From positions 126,046,001-126,110,000 of the forward strand of contig OZ024743.1 of the NCBI GenBank assembly GCA_964016885.1: 64,000 nucleotides of DNA, written 5' to 3'. The notes under the pieces were generated by a model. The model was given only the letters and a program-made list of their open reading frames with translations, was not told where the DNA came from and ran no database searches. Of this stretch, positions 26,644 to 41,725 are shown piece by piece. Origin of the DNA: Eledone cirrhosa. Its lineage: Eukaryota. The translations under genes were made by a program, and so were the position numbers. How positions within the stretch are numbered: the stretch's first letter is position 1; every line of letters starts with the position of its first letter.

Positions 26644-29600
26644 CTTCATAAGTCAGGATGTCACAGACCAAGGGAGTAGTACTTAATTGGAGCTACAGTC
26701 CTCCCATACAGGCCAGGGGCCATATTAAACACATTTTTCTGGATTTGGCATGATTCCTACAGCTATGTACCCTTCCTACCACCAATATATATGTATACAA
26801 GCATGAGTGTGCATGCATGTCACTTTATCAACAAATATCACCAGTTGCTTTATGTGTTGTTGATAAAGTATCTAATCAGCAGCATTTTATGCCAGTATGG
26901 AAAAGCAAACATAAATTGATGATATACTTTAGCAATAATGCTTAAAGCAGTCGGTGACATTTATTCATGTCCTACATAAACAATACATCCCACAGTGTAG
27001 CTTTCATTGAAGATGAATGATATACACCATACTTGTAAATAAATATGAGTTGATTTCAAAATGACCTCCTGACTGTAGAGACACCAAAAAAGTCTTATGC
27101 AGTTCATGCTACCATGGGAAAAAAATAGTCGTAAAAATGAGAATGGTGGTGTTACCATTGGTGGTGATATTGGTGACTATACTGGTGGTGTTCACATTGG
27201 TGTTGGTATTAGTAATACAGCTGCAACTAATATTAAAGTTCACCCTTTTGATACCAAACTGCCCCTGGTTTTATGATATAAACCTGTTATTTTAATTTTT
27301 GTATTTATCTAAAAACTTTCCATCATGATTTTATGTTCCAAACACCAACTTAATAATGAGAAAATTGGTTATATTACTAAATCCCTCCAAATTCATTATT
27401 TTCAAAATTATTTGAAAATCATAGACAATGTCTTTAATTAGATATATATTGACAAAATAGTTAACATTTTAATTTTTTTCTATTTAAGAATATTTCTTAA
27501 GTTGCCAGCAGTCCTAATATTTATTTGATAAGATATATATTGGTTTTTGGCAGTATCGGTAGAGCGTCAAACACCATACTTTGCAACATAGAGTTATGGC
27601 GCTTTACGTTCTGAGTTCAAATCCCGCCGAGGTTAACTTTGCCTTTCATCCTTACGGGGTTGATAAAATAAAGCACCAGTAATGCACTGAGGTAATTGCT
27701 GGCCTTGTGCCAAAAGTAGAAAATTTTATTATTAACACAATTACCACCACTACCACATCCAACCACCACCACCACTACCACATCCAACCACTACTACCAT
27801 GTTCACAACATATCAACCACCACATATCCACCACTACTACTACATTCACCACCACTCTCACCCTCTCCTTATAGATATACACGTATTGTCAGTATATTGC
27901 ATGCAGGTGAGATCTGTTGTATTTTGTTTTGTTTTGTTTTATTTTAAACCTAGAAAACACCTGCATGTGATTCAGTCAAGATTACATCTTTCTTAAGCTA
28001 TTTGTCTGGAGGCAATTTACTTCTTCCTTGACTTTGTATATTTACAGAACTCCTTTTGTCCCAGTCCCCTTGTTGTGTCTAGTTGTTGTTGATGTCGGAG
28101 GTGGTGTTGGTGTTACTTACTTATTCAGTTCATTTCATCTTTAACCAATGGCAACACTACAAGGGAGGATTCTATTACAGGAAATTTTCTAACTTATCAA
28201 ACAGCAGCAGACTTTTTTGTTTTTATCAGAAACTACTTTTAAGTTTAGAAATAACAAGGTTTGTACTCTTGGTACCAAACTGCCTAAAAACACTCTAGGT
28301 TCTTCAATACAAAACTAAATATTGTAAAGTATTTATATTTATCTAAAAATCTTCCAGCATAATTTTATGTAAGAATCTTTGTTTTAAACGTAGTGTTCAC
28401 GTTTAAATTTAAACCTATTATAATTTTTTTTTTATAAGAAACTTCTTTTACTTTATGTTCAAAACGCAAACTTAATAATGAGAAAATTAGATATATTACT
28501 AAACCCCTCCAAATTTTTTATTATTTTCAAAATTATTTGAAACACCATAGGCAATGTCTTTAGTTAGAAATATGGTCATGAAAGAGTTAAACCCACTTTT
28601 TGAGCCTCACTCAATCTTCCTAAATTAGAAGTAAGCTAGCTATTGCTAACTACATTGAATAAGTGTCTTCATTAACCTTTTTGATACCAAACCACCCTTG
28701 GTTCTTTGAAAGAAAGCTGTTTATTTTTAAATATTTATATTTATCTAAAAGCCATCCATCAGCTTAATAATGAGAAAATTAGATATTATTTCTAAATCAC
28801 TCCAAAGTCTTGATTATTTTCAAAATTATTTGGAAATCATTAAAAATTGAAGACGTTTTTGTTAACTAATATTCCAAACACCAGCTCACTAATGAAAATA
28901 TTATTTATTAAATTCTCCAAATGTCTGATTTTTTTTCAAAATTATTCAAACATGTAGGCAGTTTATTCCATTAGAAATATTGTATGAGAAGGGTTAAACC
29001 CACTTTTTGAGCCCCACTCCATCTACCACCTCTACTGTGGTCCTAGCTTAATGAGAAAATACCAGCTTAATCATGAGAAAGTTTATTACTTGATTACTTT
29101 AAACAATTTTTAAATTCATAGTCAATATCTTTCATTAGAAATAATGGAATGAAAGGATTATGTTCCTCCTCTGTTACACACACACACACGGCTTTTTCTG
29201 AAACTCATTTGTGATGCTGACTTGGATAAAAAGCAAGAAATTTTATGAAATATTTTCGACAATACAAGTAAGAATATAGGTTGTTGTTGTTTTGCGTGTG
29301 TGTGTGTTTGTGTGTATATTTATGTGTGTGTATATATATATATATGTGTGTGTGTGTGTATATATATATACATACATACATCATTTCATTTTCATCATTT
29401 CATTTTACGTCCACTTTTTCCCTGCTTGCAAGGGTGGGACGGGAACTGATTCTGGCTTGATTTCTACAGCTGGATGCCCTTCCTAACACCAACCTCATTT
29501 ACAGTGAGTGCTGGGTGCTTTTTTGCCGTGGCACCTACACGACCACTTTGCAGTGGAATGATTTGGACCCCAGTCCCTATCATCTCATTTCTACAGCTGA

Positions 29601-30183
29601 GTAAACTAGAGCAATGTGAAATAAATATATATATATATATATATATATTATTATCATCATCATAAATATATATATATATATTATTATCATCATCATCATC
29701 ATTATTATTGCTTAACATCCATTTTCCATGGGTTAAACGGGTTGCCTATTTAGGACTGTGTCGTACTCAAACAGAACTGTTTCAGGCTTCGTTTCTACAG
29801 CTGAATGCCCTTCCTAATGCCAACCACATATGGATGCTTTTTGTTGTAACATGTACATGACCACTTTACAGTGTGGACCGGGCGCTTTTTGTCGTGTCGC
29901 CATCACTTTACGGTATGGTTGGTAACTTTAGTGGAGAAGGTGTTTGGAGATTGAGGAGGTGGGTATAGGGACATGTATGAGGGGCGGAGTGTTAGGATGT
30001 GGGAGGTGTATGGAAAGGAGGATGGAGGTGAAGGTAATGCATACTAAATGTATGCTTCAACCTGTGCTCATGAGAAGGTGGGTCTTCTGTATTAATGCAT
30101 AACATTAGAGATCTTGGTCTTGTGCCATCGCCTTTGAGAGGTGCAATTGTGCAAGGTCGGCTTTTTTCACCACATCCTAAGTC

Positions 30184-30238
<55 letters not shown>

Positions 30239-32249
30239 TATCAGTAAAATAAAGCACCAGTCCCAGGCAGTGTATTGATGGAATTGTAAGATCATCGGAT
30301 GAGATTCTTTGTAGTAATTGTTCTGGCTATTTTTGTTCTGAGTTCAGATCCAGCTGTGGCCAACACTGTTGCTAGGCTTAATCTGCCACCTCATTTAACA
30401 CCACCACCACCTGGCCCTTTGGTGTCATTATCATAGTTCACTCTGTGGCAAGCATTTCATTTTTGATTTGAGAATACATTCTTTACTCCCCTTCAGCAAT
30501 TCCCAAGGCTCTGAAAAAGGTCATGGGCACTGCTGTTTTTTCCTTGACTAAATAGAAAAGGGTGTGGGAATGCATTTTTTTTTCTTCCATAATTTTATAT
30601 CCATTACTCCATTGTTGTTTGTATGCAAATGTGTGTATACAGTTTAGAATAGGTACACTGTGTCTCTGCATGTTGTGGTGACTAAATGTGCTGGAATCTG
30701 GAAGTGTATCCGGCTGTAAAACATTGCCTTAAAAAGAACTTCAATGCTGTATGTATCCTGCTTAGAATAGGTTCACTGCATTCCTTCATGCTGTAAGTGA
30801 CAACTAAAAGAGTTTGGACTAGGAAGGACATTCGGCTGTAAAATATTTCCTTAATGAGGACCTCATAATGAACATTAGGCCCTTCATGAAGCTCACAATG
30901 TTGACACCTGTTTTAGCAGGCAAAATGGTCTTAAAACACTTTTTGTTTGTTGTATTCCATTGCATATATGTTTTTATAGCTTGGTGTACTTTGTAATGGT
31001 AATATTTGAACTACAAAATGAGATTCATTTTAGCTTGTGAAATAAAAGAAAACTGAGTTATATGTCATATCTTAGGGCACATACATATCCTGAATTGAAC
31101 TCATAAATTTGCAGTTAGTAGTTTGACACTAATCTCACAACACTTATTTGCCCAGAGCTGGAATAAAAAAAAATGTTAAATAAATCAATGACTCAATGGA
31201 AGAGATGAAAGCACCCTAAACCAGAATAACATTTCATATAAACTTTGGCAATGTCTATTTTGGCAGAAATATAATATAATACATTTCTGAGCTGCAATAT
31301 TTGTCATAACTCTTAAAATGTATGAGCCTGTTAATGCCTGAGGGAGTCCTAGGGGCACTGTACTGATATAAGGCATTTCTTAGGCATTTTAAGCTTGGTG
31401 AAGCTCATCTCATTCTACATCTGAATACAGCTGATTTCCTCCAGGGAAAGTGAGAGACAGGAAGTGAGAAAGAGAAATAGAGGAAGAATCAATCTTAGTA
31501 CTGCATTAGTACTTTTTTTATTGGCCTTGAAGAGATAAAAAGCAAAGTTGACCTTGGCAGGATTTGAAGCACAATGAACCAGAATAAATACTGCAAAACC
31601 TTCTATCTAATGATTATGCCAATTCTATGTCTATAATGCCTAAAAACTGACCTTTTATTCACATTTACAACTACAAATATGTGATTCCTTCCTTTAACCC
31701 TTTAATGTTCAAACCGGCCAGAATTCTCTACCTTTTTCTGTTGAAACTGGCTGTAACTGGTCACTCAAACTGATGTTAAGGTATTATTCTCAAAATAAAT
31801 ACTTTCAAAATCTCATAGATTCGATATTATGTGAAATAATTATGCGAGGTAAAGCCTTTACCATGAAAATATATAGTAAATATAAAGTAATGTGAATGTT
31901 AACACTAATGAGGAAAATTGATAAACAGTGAAATTTGTAAACTGAATTTATATACTGATTTAGCAGAAAATATCTAAAACTGGTTTCATCATTTTGCTAG
32001 TTTGAGAGTTGATGAAGGTGAAGATGTGTGTGTGTAAACTTGTCTTGTATATTGCCTTTCTATATTTCCTTTTCTGGTCACTTCTGTATACCAACACACT
32101 TCTCCTTGTCCCCCCTCCTCTTTCAATCTTTTCTATATTTCGTCTGCCTGTCACCCACCCTGTGGATTGTCTCTCTGTTGACCACTATCCACTGGTCTCT
32201 GTTCTCTTTTTTGCCCAACTCTGTCTTTAATAGCATTTAGCTGTTTTAA

Positions 32250-32420
32250 CAGCTGTGTTCTAGCGAATTTTCTCATTTTTATGTATTCAAGTATACTCTC
32301 TTGTCTCAGAGACAACATTGTTTTTTCATAGGAGTGGTCGAGTTGTGCTACCAATGTAGAACTCCTTACATTTGTTGCAGTCAATCCAGTATACCACATG
32401 TCTGCTGGCATATACCTGTA
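32250..32420 (-). mobile_element. GIY-YIG endonuclease remnant of a second Penelope-like element
   Basis: Minus strand reads HVVYWIDCNKCKEFYIGSTTRPLL at ~32329-32400. Confidence 0.7.
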
Positions 32421-32666
32421 TTGTGGATAGGGCAGTTAGTCAGCGTGCATTGGTTGTTCTTTTCTCTGATCGCTTTTTAGAGAGGTATCCACACAGAGAA
32501 GGGCTGAAGTGAGCTAATTGTTTGTCCACTCCTTCCTTGCAGATGGCTCTGTGGATAGCTATGGTTATGTTTTCACTGTCTTAATTCTATTAAGTTTTAT
32601 GTTTTCAAAAATAAGATGCAATTAGATTCTGCTTTACTTATAGGATTCTCCATTTTTACTTTGTAG

Positions 32667-32799
32667 GTTGGCTCATTTTGAATATGTCAAAAGTGAGGAT
32701 TTGGAGAAGATTGGCATGGGGAAACCTGCTATTCGCCGTTTACTTGATGCTGTTAAAAGGAAACGTACTCTCAGGAAAAAAGGAGGGATTTTTGAAAAG
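32667..32799 (+). CDS. TNK2: ACK1/TNK2-like kinase, coding exon 2 (rest of SAM domain)
   Basis: Acceptor ttgtag; first G completes the Arg codon; then [44 protein letters not shown] (ACK1: [33 protein letters not shown]). Donor gtaatt at 32800, phase 0. Confidence 0.93.
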
Positions 32800-35700
32800 G
32801 TAATTCTATTGTTTTTAATATTCATGCCAGCATGGAAATCTGATATAACTCTTTTATTACCATATTTCTAATGAAATACACTATGTTTAAATTAATGAAG
32901 AATTTGGAGGATTTACTAAAATGATTTTAATTTAAATAGGAACCTTTTAAAAGGGGTGGTTTTGTTTTATAGAACCATAGGTGGTTTTAGGCAGGTTGGT
33001 ATCAGCAGGGTTAAGGGTCATGATAATAATTATTTCTACTTTTGGCACAAGGCCAGCAATTACCCCAGTCTATTACTGGTACTTTATTTTATCGACCCCC
33101 GTAAGGATGAAAGACAAAGTTAACCTCAGCGGGATTTGATAATAATGAAATCTCTTTACATTGTGAATTCAAATCTTGCCACCATCACAATTTGTTAAAA
33201 GCAAGTACTGGAACGATATAATCAACTGTATTTTTTTTTACATAAAATTTGTGGCCTTGAACTTATTGTCAGAAATCAATAAAATTCTTATACATTGAAT
33301 TCTTTCGCTCTCATAAACTGATAATACAATATAAAATATGTAAAAAAAATTGGGATAATGACAGAAGGCAATCTGTGTGTAAAATGTTTCATGTGTGTTA
33401 TAGTGTTTAACACTTTCATGATTATATTCCCAATGAAATATTCAGTGTTCTATTTAATTAATAAAGAATTTAGAAAGATTTACTAAAATTATTATTTATT
33501 TCAATATTAAGATGGTATTTGTAACATAATCTAACAAAAGGTTCTTATATTATGTTGAAAAGAGTTAATTTATATAGAAACACTTTCAAATGGGCAGTTT
33601 TGTTTCATAGAACCAACCATAGAGAGTTTTAATTAGGTTGATATTAAGAGGGTTAAATGTGTAAGCAGGATATAGTTTATAGTGAGTGATGAAATACCAA
33701 CATCAAAATAAATTACTGTATATTTCTATAGATAAGTTATTTTTTTACAAAAAAAAAAAATTGAATGTGAAAAGTTGCATACGACTTATTTACTGAACCA
33801 TGCTCTGGGTTTGAAATATTAAATAATGAGACCCAAATTTTATAAACACAAATGGTGGGAGTGACTTATCTACTGTGATGATGTATATATGAGTATATAG
33901 AGTAAGTTTTTACTTAAGAATTCAGAAAACTTAATTTCATACTTTTGGTGTAAACCTTTTAATCACTATATTTCTGATGAAATACACTACTTATGTGTTT
34001 CATATAATTGTTTAGGTAATCATGGATTTTGACTGCTTTAGTAAAATAATTAACTAAAATTATTTAGATGATGTTTAAGATAAGAAGTGTTTCTAACATG
34101 AGAAGTTTTGTCTCATAGAACCATAATGATTTCAGGGGGGTTGACATCAAAAGAGTTAGGGTATTATTATTGTATTGGCAGTATCAGTAGAGGGTCGGAC
34201 GCCATGCTTTCCAGCATAGTTACGTCCTTTTACGATCTGAGTTCAAATCCCGCCGAGGTTGACTTTGCCTTTCATCCTTACGGGGTTGATAAAATAAAGT
34301 ACCAGTAATGCACTGAGTAATTGCTGGCCTTGTGCCTAAAATAGAAACAATTATTGTACCACTATATACTTTATGGATCATTCACTCTCATATTGAAGCT
34401 CTAACTCTTACCATCCTGTAATGATTTAGCAGAAAATATCTAAAAATAGGATTGTTAATTCAACAGTTTATAGTATGGTTTACTAGTGGATAGAGGTGAA
34501 AATTTGCAGTAAACTAAAGACTTTAACTTTTAATGTGAGACAGACATAGTGTTGTTTAGTACATTTTCAAGAATGCCTTGCTGATATGGCTTCATATGCT
34601 TTAATTTAAATGTTTCAATAGATTATTGGGATAATTTGTGGTATTAGAGTAAAGACTAATTTTTAACGTGAGGCAGTTCTAGTGCTGCTTTTTACTATTC
34701 AAAAATGTCTTGCTAATATGGTTTCCTGTGGTACAGGACGTTAAGAGTTAAATTTAGTTTTAAATTTTAGTTATTGGAAGAGTCTGCAAGATTTACTAAA
34801 AATTACAATGAGTTTTCTAAATTACCATACAACTACAGAGTGAATGAATGAATTTGGTAGACCAACTGTAAAAGCCGAGTGTGTATGTGTGTGTTTCTCT
34901 ACATACTTTTTCACATTGACATCAGCAAGCAGTGACAGGTTGAAGATCAGCAGTATATACCATAAAGTAGTGATTGGTGTCAGGAAGGTTATGTGGCCAT
35001 AAAATACTGCCTCTAAAGGTTTTGTGAAACCCATGCCAGCATGAAAAAGTTGACATAAAAATGGCAGTTGTTTTGATGTTAATTTTTGTTACTTAGTCTT
35101 AGGTCAGACCTAATGAAGCAGACCTATGACCAGAAAGCATCACAGCCATGACCACCCAGGAGGAGCATCTACATTGACATTCAACCTGCTAGAAACAGCA
35201 GCTAAATATCTTTCAACTCACATTCTACTGTCTTTTGATAACAGCTGTATATTTTGCTGTTTGCCCCTTATATTTTGCCATAATATTGAAGAGAGGGGAG
35301 GTCTTAATGATTGGCTGAAGTTTAAGTTAGAGCTTTTCAACTTTTTCACACTGGCAACCGACTTTTTAACAAGAAAATATTACATGGTCATTAAGTTTTA
35401 TTAGTGACACAATGTTAACAAAATTAATAAATAATGAATTAGATATCATGGTCATGTAGTTAAGGAATTTAATTGGAGACCATGCAGTTTCATGTTCTGT
35501 TCCTCTGCATTGAACCTTTAGCAATTGTCTTCTACCATACTCCCTATAATTCCTCATAAGTGAATTTGGTTGATGGACACTATGCAGAAACCAATCAAAT
35601 ATTTATGTGTTTGTGTATTTGTATGCCAGTTGCAGTGAGCTTCATATCATTGATACCATTGTATGTCTGCAGTGAGAGTTGTTTCCCCATAAACAATACA

Positions 35701-36733
35701 TCCAGCAGCATTTTGATGTGACAAAATGTTAGCAACATATATCATACATTGGGGGTATTTGTTAGCATCAAGATCCATCTGCTTGGGATGTGTTCATCAA
35801 GCTAGTACCATCTTACTGGAACCACATCTCATGAGCATGTGGCCATTTAGTAAAATTTGACAGTAAATCATTGTTGATAACACACAAATAAGCAGATGTT
35901 AAAAAAATTATCTGTGAACCTTGCAATAAAAATGCGTTGACTGTCCGGTTACTTATGACTCACCCTGTATTCATTATGAAGAGAACATCAACAGGCTTTC
36001 AACAATGACTATATAGACTATGCAGTTATCTGAATGGTTCAGCTCAAGGGAAGTAATCATTCCCTCAACGTTTGCTACATGTGTTTTTACTAATGTTTAA
36101 AATATCTTCTTAGATTTATATGAAACTGTTTCTCTAATTGTTTTTGCTTATCTCTCCCTCTATATATATGCATATATGTATATCTATATACACACACATT
36201 ATACAAACACACACACATCTATATATATATATATAAAACATAATGTCTGTGTGTGTTTGTTGATACACACACACCTATGAAGGTGTGTGACCTAGTGTTT
36301 AGTCTGTTGGACTCATGATCATAAGGTTGTGGGTTTGATTCCTTAACTGGGCAGTGTGTTGTCTTCTTGAGCAAGACATTTTATTTCATAATAGAACTGG
36401 GGCCACAATCATTAAAACAACCAAGAAACCTCCTACGGGATGCAGCCTCCTAGGAGACCATCTAAACTGGTTTCAGCTGTAAATTTCATATAACCAAAGT
36501 GGGTTCTGGCCAGGCTGGTATCAAAAGGATTAATCATGTAGAAGTCATCATTTTGTTGAAAATAAACATTGTTGTATTGAATTAAATAAACTGCAAAATT
36601 AAATATGTCTGTGCAAGTTTGCATCACTATCTCTTTACATTCTTTTTTTACACATACATATAAGTATTATGAAACACACAGGCAAAGATGTGAATACATG
36701 GTGCGTGTATATATACATATATACAGTATAATA

Positions 36734-36769
<36 letters not shown>

Positions 36770-37150
36770 CACACACACATTATACTGTATATATGTATAT
36801 ATACACACACCATGTATTCACATCTTTGTGTGTGTGTGTATATATATATATATACACACACACACCATGATATGTATGTATATATAAACCCATGCTAGCG
36901 TGGAAGATAGATGTTAAACGATGATGATGATGATGATGATGATGATAGATATATATATATATATATATATAGTCATCGTTTTTGTGTCTTCTCTTCAATG
37001 CTGGCAAAGATAGAACTTTAAGGGATTTGAACTTATTCCATAAACAATTGCAACATATTGTAACTAACTCGCTATGTACCCTGCCAATTTGCTGAGTATA
37101 TATATATATATATCATGCTAGTGTGGAAGATAGACGTTAAACGATGATGA

Positions 37151-37219
<69 letters not shown>

Positions 37220-37494
37220 GTGTAAGTGTGTGTGAAGATGTTTAGTTCACGATCATAAAGTAGTGAGTTTGATTCACAATCCAGGTGGCATGTTGTTTCC
37301 TTGAGAAAGACACTTTATTTCACTCCGCTCAGCTGCCAAAAATAGGGCCACCTGTGTCACACTGAATCTACTTGAGAACTACACTAATGGTATACTTGTT
37401 CGTGGAATGCTCAGCCATTTGCACATTTATTTCACATGCAGACTCTTTGTTGTTCAAACAACTGGATAACTTATTGTTGTAAGCGATGGAGAAT

Positions 37495-38095
37495 ATATAT
37501 ATATATATATAATGTGTGTGTGTGTACACACATATATGCCTGTGTGTGTGTGTACACATATATATGCCTGTGTGTGTACACATATATATGCCTGTGTGTG
37601 TGTGTACACATATATATGCCTGTATGTGTATATACATAGCTATATATGTATACAGATATATGTATATATATGTGTGCATACAGATATATGTATATTTGTG
37701 TATATGTATGCATGTTTAATGTTTCTTTATAAGAAATCATATCTAGCCTTACTCTAAAATAGTTTAGGTGTAAAAATGTAAGTGTAATTAGAACCACACA
37801 CTGCTCACTCAATTACCCGGGGACACACACACACACACACACACACACTATATATATATAACAGAATAAATTATGTGGTCGTGTTGTGTATGTGTGTGTG
37901 AACTATAGCATGTAGATGTGTATGTATATTAACTATAGCATTTATTTATGTATTTGTGTCACTAGCAGAGTGTATGTATATTTGTATGTCAAATATAGCA
38001 TGTATGTATATATTTATGCCAACTACATGTATATATGTTTTTATGTTAACTACAGCATGTATGTATTCATGCCAACTACAATATGTATGTATCAT
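37495..38095 (+). repeat. TA/TG-derived minisatellites
   Basis: Units gtgtgtacacatatatatgcct (~37512-37625) and aactatagcatgtatgtata (~37900-38090). Confidence 0.75.
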
Positions 38096-38119
38096 AACCA
38101 TCATCATTTAACATTTGTT

Positions 38120-39330
38120 CTTCTGCCTAGCAAGGGTTTGAGGAGAAACCCTTTGTTGTCTGCAGAGATAGCAACTCCCTAAACTTCTTCTAGCCTGTTC
38201 TTACCCTGGCTACCACACTTTCAGAGCCCCCTCCCCTTGCTAATTAGGCCACCTAGGTAACAAAAATTGTTAACAATTTCTAGGGAGCCTCCCAGGCAAC
38301 TGAGGGAATCTATTTCACGTGTGCTCTTAGTGCTTACTTCTGTGTTTCTGCCACATACAAAGTCTATCTTCTCCATTAAGCTACCTAGAGTCCTACTATA
38401 TCTCTTCTGTATCCATAGATTACTCTGTGATCACCTTATGGAATTTCTGCCTACCCTTTTTCAACATATCAAACAAAATCACTTCCCTGATGGTTTCATC
38501 TTCCTGTCCTCTTTCCTACTTTAGACTAGCTTTTACTGAATTTACTTTTAGGGCTTTCACTTCTAGACTTTGCTTCTAACTCTCCTACAGATTCAGCTGT
38601 AAAGACTAGATCATCATCCTACAGGAGCTGCCATGGAGTGCCAGTTGTAAAGTCCTCAGTTATGGCCTGAATGCTTGGGATAAGCAGACAGACTGAAGTC
38701 TGGGCACTTATGGCTCCGACCCTTCAATTCAAATTCATCATTGTACTGATTGCCAACTCTCACTTTGCTAGTTGCACCTTTATACATGGCTTGCCCAGCT
38801 CTCATGAGCCATTCTTCTATACTTAGCTTCTCTAGCATCCACCAGATGACAGAATAGGAGGGGCCTGTAAAAAGCCTTCTCTTGGCACATTGGTTTTGTC
38901 TCACCAGAAAGAGAGTATCAGTAGTACCTCTACCTGATACAAAGCCACACTGCATCACATCTAACTTAATTCTGCCCCTAATTAGTAACTTTCACAACCT
39001 GGTCCATCAACTAGAGTTACCTCTCTTTCATGTGTCTCCTTTGCCCTTGTAGCAGTTAATAATCATACTGCTGCATCAGTCACTGGGTATGACACCATCC
39101 TGTACTACTTGATTAATTATGCATCTCACTAATTTATAACCTACCATGCAGGACATTTTTAGCATCTTGGTAACTATCCCAGATGGTCCAGTTGTATTCC
39201 CTACCTTCCTGTCAACTTTTATGGCTGATCCCTCACTTGGGTCTACATGGTCCAGGCGCTCACTGTTTCATTTATCTTTTTTATTCACCAATCTCTTGCA
39301 TGCTCCAGATCACCAACTTCATCTCCCTAT
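38120..39330 (-). mobile_element. Degraded RTE LINE RT region
   Basis: QCGFVSGRGTTDTLFLVRQ, PWQLL*DDDLV (decayed YADD), remnant RVGRNS..LWIQKR and FCYLG segments. Confidence 0.75.
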
Positions 39331-41653
39331 AGCCTAGTCATGCCTCCCCCCCCCCAAAAAAAAATATAATAATAACAATAAAAATTAAGTTTATTACTGT
39401 TAAAGTAAGCTTCCAAATTGATTTCATGTGACTCATACAGGAGTTCCCATGGCTATTTAATTATAAAATAAACCTCTAATGGAAAGATGGTGAGGTGGTT
39501 AAAACAGAAGGTTGTTGAATAGTTAGTAGATGATTCAATTCTTCACTGAAGCCTTTGTAGTCTCTTCCTGTATTTTAATATTTTTGTTGATCAAAGACAT
39601 TTACTCTTATGAATACATTTCACTTGATACATCAAATGTTTTGCTTCACAAAATATTTCTCTTAGTTTTTATAAATAATGTTTCTGAGAGAAACAATATT
39701 TTTTTGAAACTATATCCTTTTTGTTCATTGTTAGCAATTAATAGAGACTTAAATGATGATGATAGGACTGTGAACTGGTATAGTCATTTGAATGCCAGAT
39801 TTGTTCCAGTTCTCTGGGCCTTGAGTTCAAATCCCACTGAGGTCAACTTTGCCTTTCATTCTTCTAGGTGGTAGATAAATTGAATAAAGTACCAGTTCAT
39901 GGCTGTGGTTGGCAGAATTGTTAGAGCATTGGAAGTGATACTTTGCATTCTACAACAACTTTGGTGCCAAGCTCTATCAGCCTTTGCCTTTCTACCTTTT
40001 CCTTGGATAACGTTTGTGCCATGGGGAGGGAAGATTTGCATGCATGACCCATTATTGATCTTCCACAAAAAAAAAAAACTTGCTCAGGCCTGCACCTTGG
40101 AGAGGAACTCTCTAGGTGCAAATACATGGCTAGTCATGATCAAAGGAGGCCTTAATAATAATACTTATACTCCAGTTATAAGATAATCTCTTATATATAT
40201 ATATTGAAGAAATTGGTATTTGGTATGCCTGTTCTTAGATTAGTGTTCATAGTTTTTATTTTCTTAGTTGTGTATGAGTATGTGTGATATGATGAGAGGA
40301 GGGGGAAGAATGAATATTCTGCTTTGTTTGTAGAATTGTAAGATGTTTCCACTTTATTCATGTGTCAGCTATATTTGTTTCTATGTGAACTTTGATTATG
40401 TATGGCACATGACTGACAAATGGAAAAGAACAGTTTGAAAGAAAGAGATATTCATGTAGCTATGACTAATACTGCTTACATAGGAAAAAGAGAAACAGTT
40501 TGAAAGGAAAGCAACCTATCTACAGATTGGATTTGTTCTCTAGAAGATAAGTATAAATCTGCAAAGCTAGAAATATATTTTATTTTTCCATTACTCAAAG
40601 ATATTTTGCATTCTAATAAAGAACTAATTTTTCTCTTAAGCCTGAACTTTACCTTTGAAGTTTTAACCTTCTGAAGACAAATTAATTACAGATTTAAAAT
40701 GATCTAGGTCAGATATTTAAGATGATTACTCTATGTTGATAGGTTGAAAGTATATTTTGACCCGTAGGTCAAGTTGTGATGGGAGCAGATGTAATTTATC
40801 TCAGTATGACTCCTTTATAACAACCTGAACAAGCCAACACATAATAAATGAATACACAATCAACTTAATTGTAATCTCCCTTCAATCTTAGTGTCTTGAA
40901 TTGTTTTGTATCACTATAGTTGTCAAAATCTTGGTCAATGAAAAATATTTGAGTTAGACAGGTATTTAAGAAAATAATGAATGAATGAATGTAACATAAA
41001 GAGACAGGTTAGATATAGGTTAATATGTAAACACACCTTTTCTCATTGGGAAAATGAATGTTACTATATGTCATGTCTATAATCTTTAGAAAAAAAATGC
41101 TATGGTCTTTACACTTAGGCAGTGCTATTTAGACAGCTCCTCTTATTGATAATTTCAAGGAGAATTATTATTATTATTATTATTAAGATGGAAACAGAAA
41201 CAAAACTATAGGGAGTTAGAGTTGATTATAGAACTATTAAAAGGTGTTGGGACAGACTTGTATTTTAGAGAATTAAAGTAAACTGTTCAGATAAGCATTA
41301 GAAACACTATTCTTCTGTAGAGCAGATTGCAGTAAGTTAATAGCATGGAATTAAGGGCTGTACATTTTGTTTGTGAATAAGGATACCAAGATACCACAGT
41401 CAGTTAAGACTAAGGTGATTAATAATAATAAATATTTCTTTTATATTTATAAAGGAGCTCATTATCAGAGTGGACTGAGGAAACAATGTTTTCATTTTAG
41501 TCTTCCTTTTGATATCTGCTGGATGCAACTCCTGGCAGGAGGAGCAACATAAAATAAAGTATTTTAGTCAAGAAATAAATGCACTGCCTGGTCTAGGAAT
41601 TGAATCCACAATTTTATAACCATGAGTTAAACACCCTAACCACTTGTCCATGT

Positions 41654-41725
41654 GCCTAAGTGGTCTAGTGGTTAGGATTCTGCATTCTCACCATGGCAGC
41701 TGGCGTTTGAGTCCTCACTTAGCAA
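41654..41725 (+). pseudogene. tRNA-Glu(CTC)-like pseudogene or SINE head
   Basis: TGGTCTAGTGGTTAGGATTC matches the metazoan tRNA-Glu D-arm region. TCTCA anticodon loop and partial acceptor stem ctaag/cttag. Anticodon stem and T-arm are broken. Confidence 0.6.

Noticed and set aside
35630-35969. Tc1/mariner-like terminus (cttatgactcaccctg|ta)
   Set aside because: Only one end visible and no convincing transposase motif, so it is not called as a feature.
36218-36262. Helitron-like 5' start TCTATATA..AAAACATAATGTCTGTGTG
   Set aside because: Too short, microsatellite-like, and no matching 3' end found.
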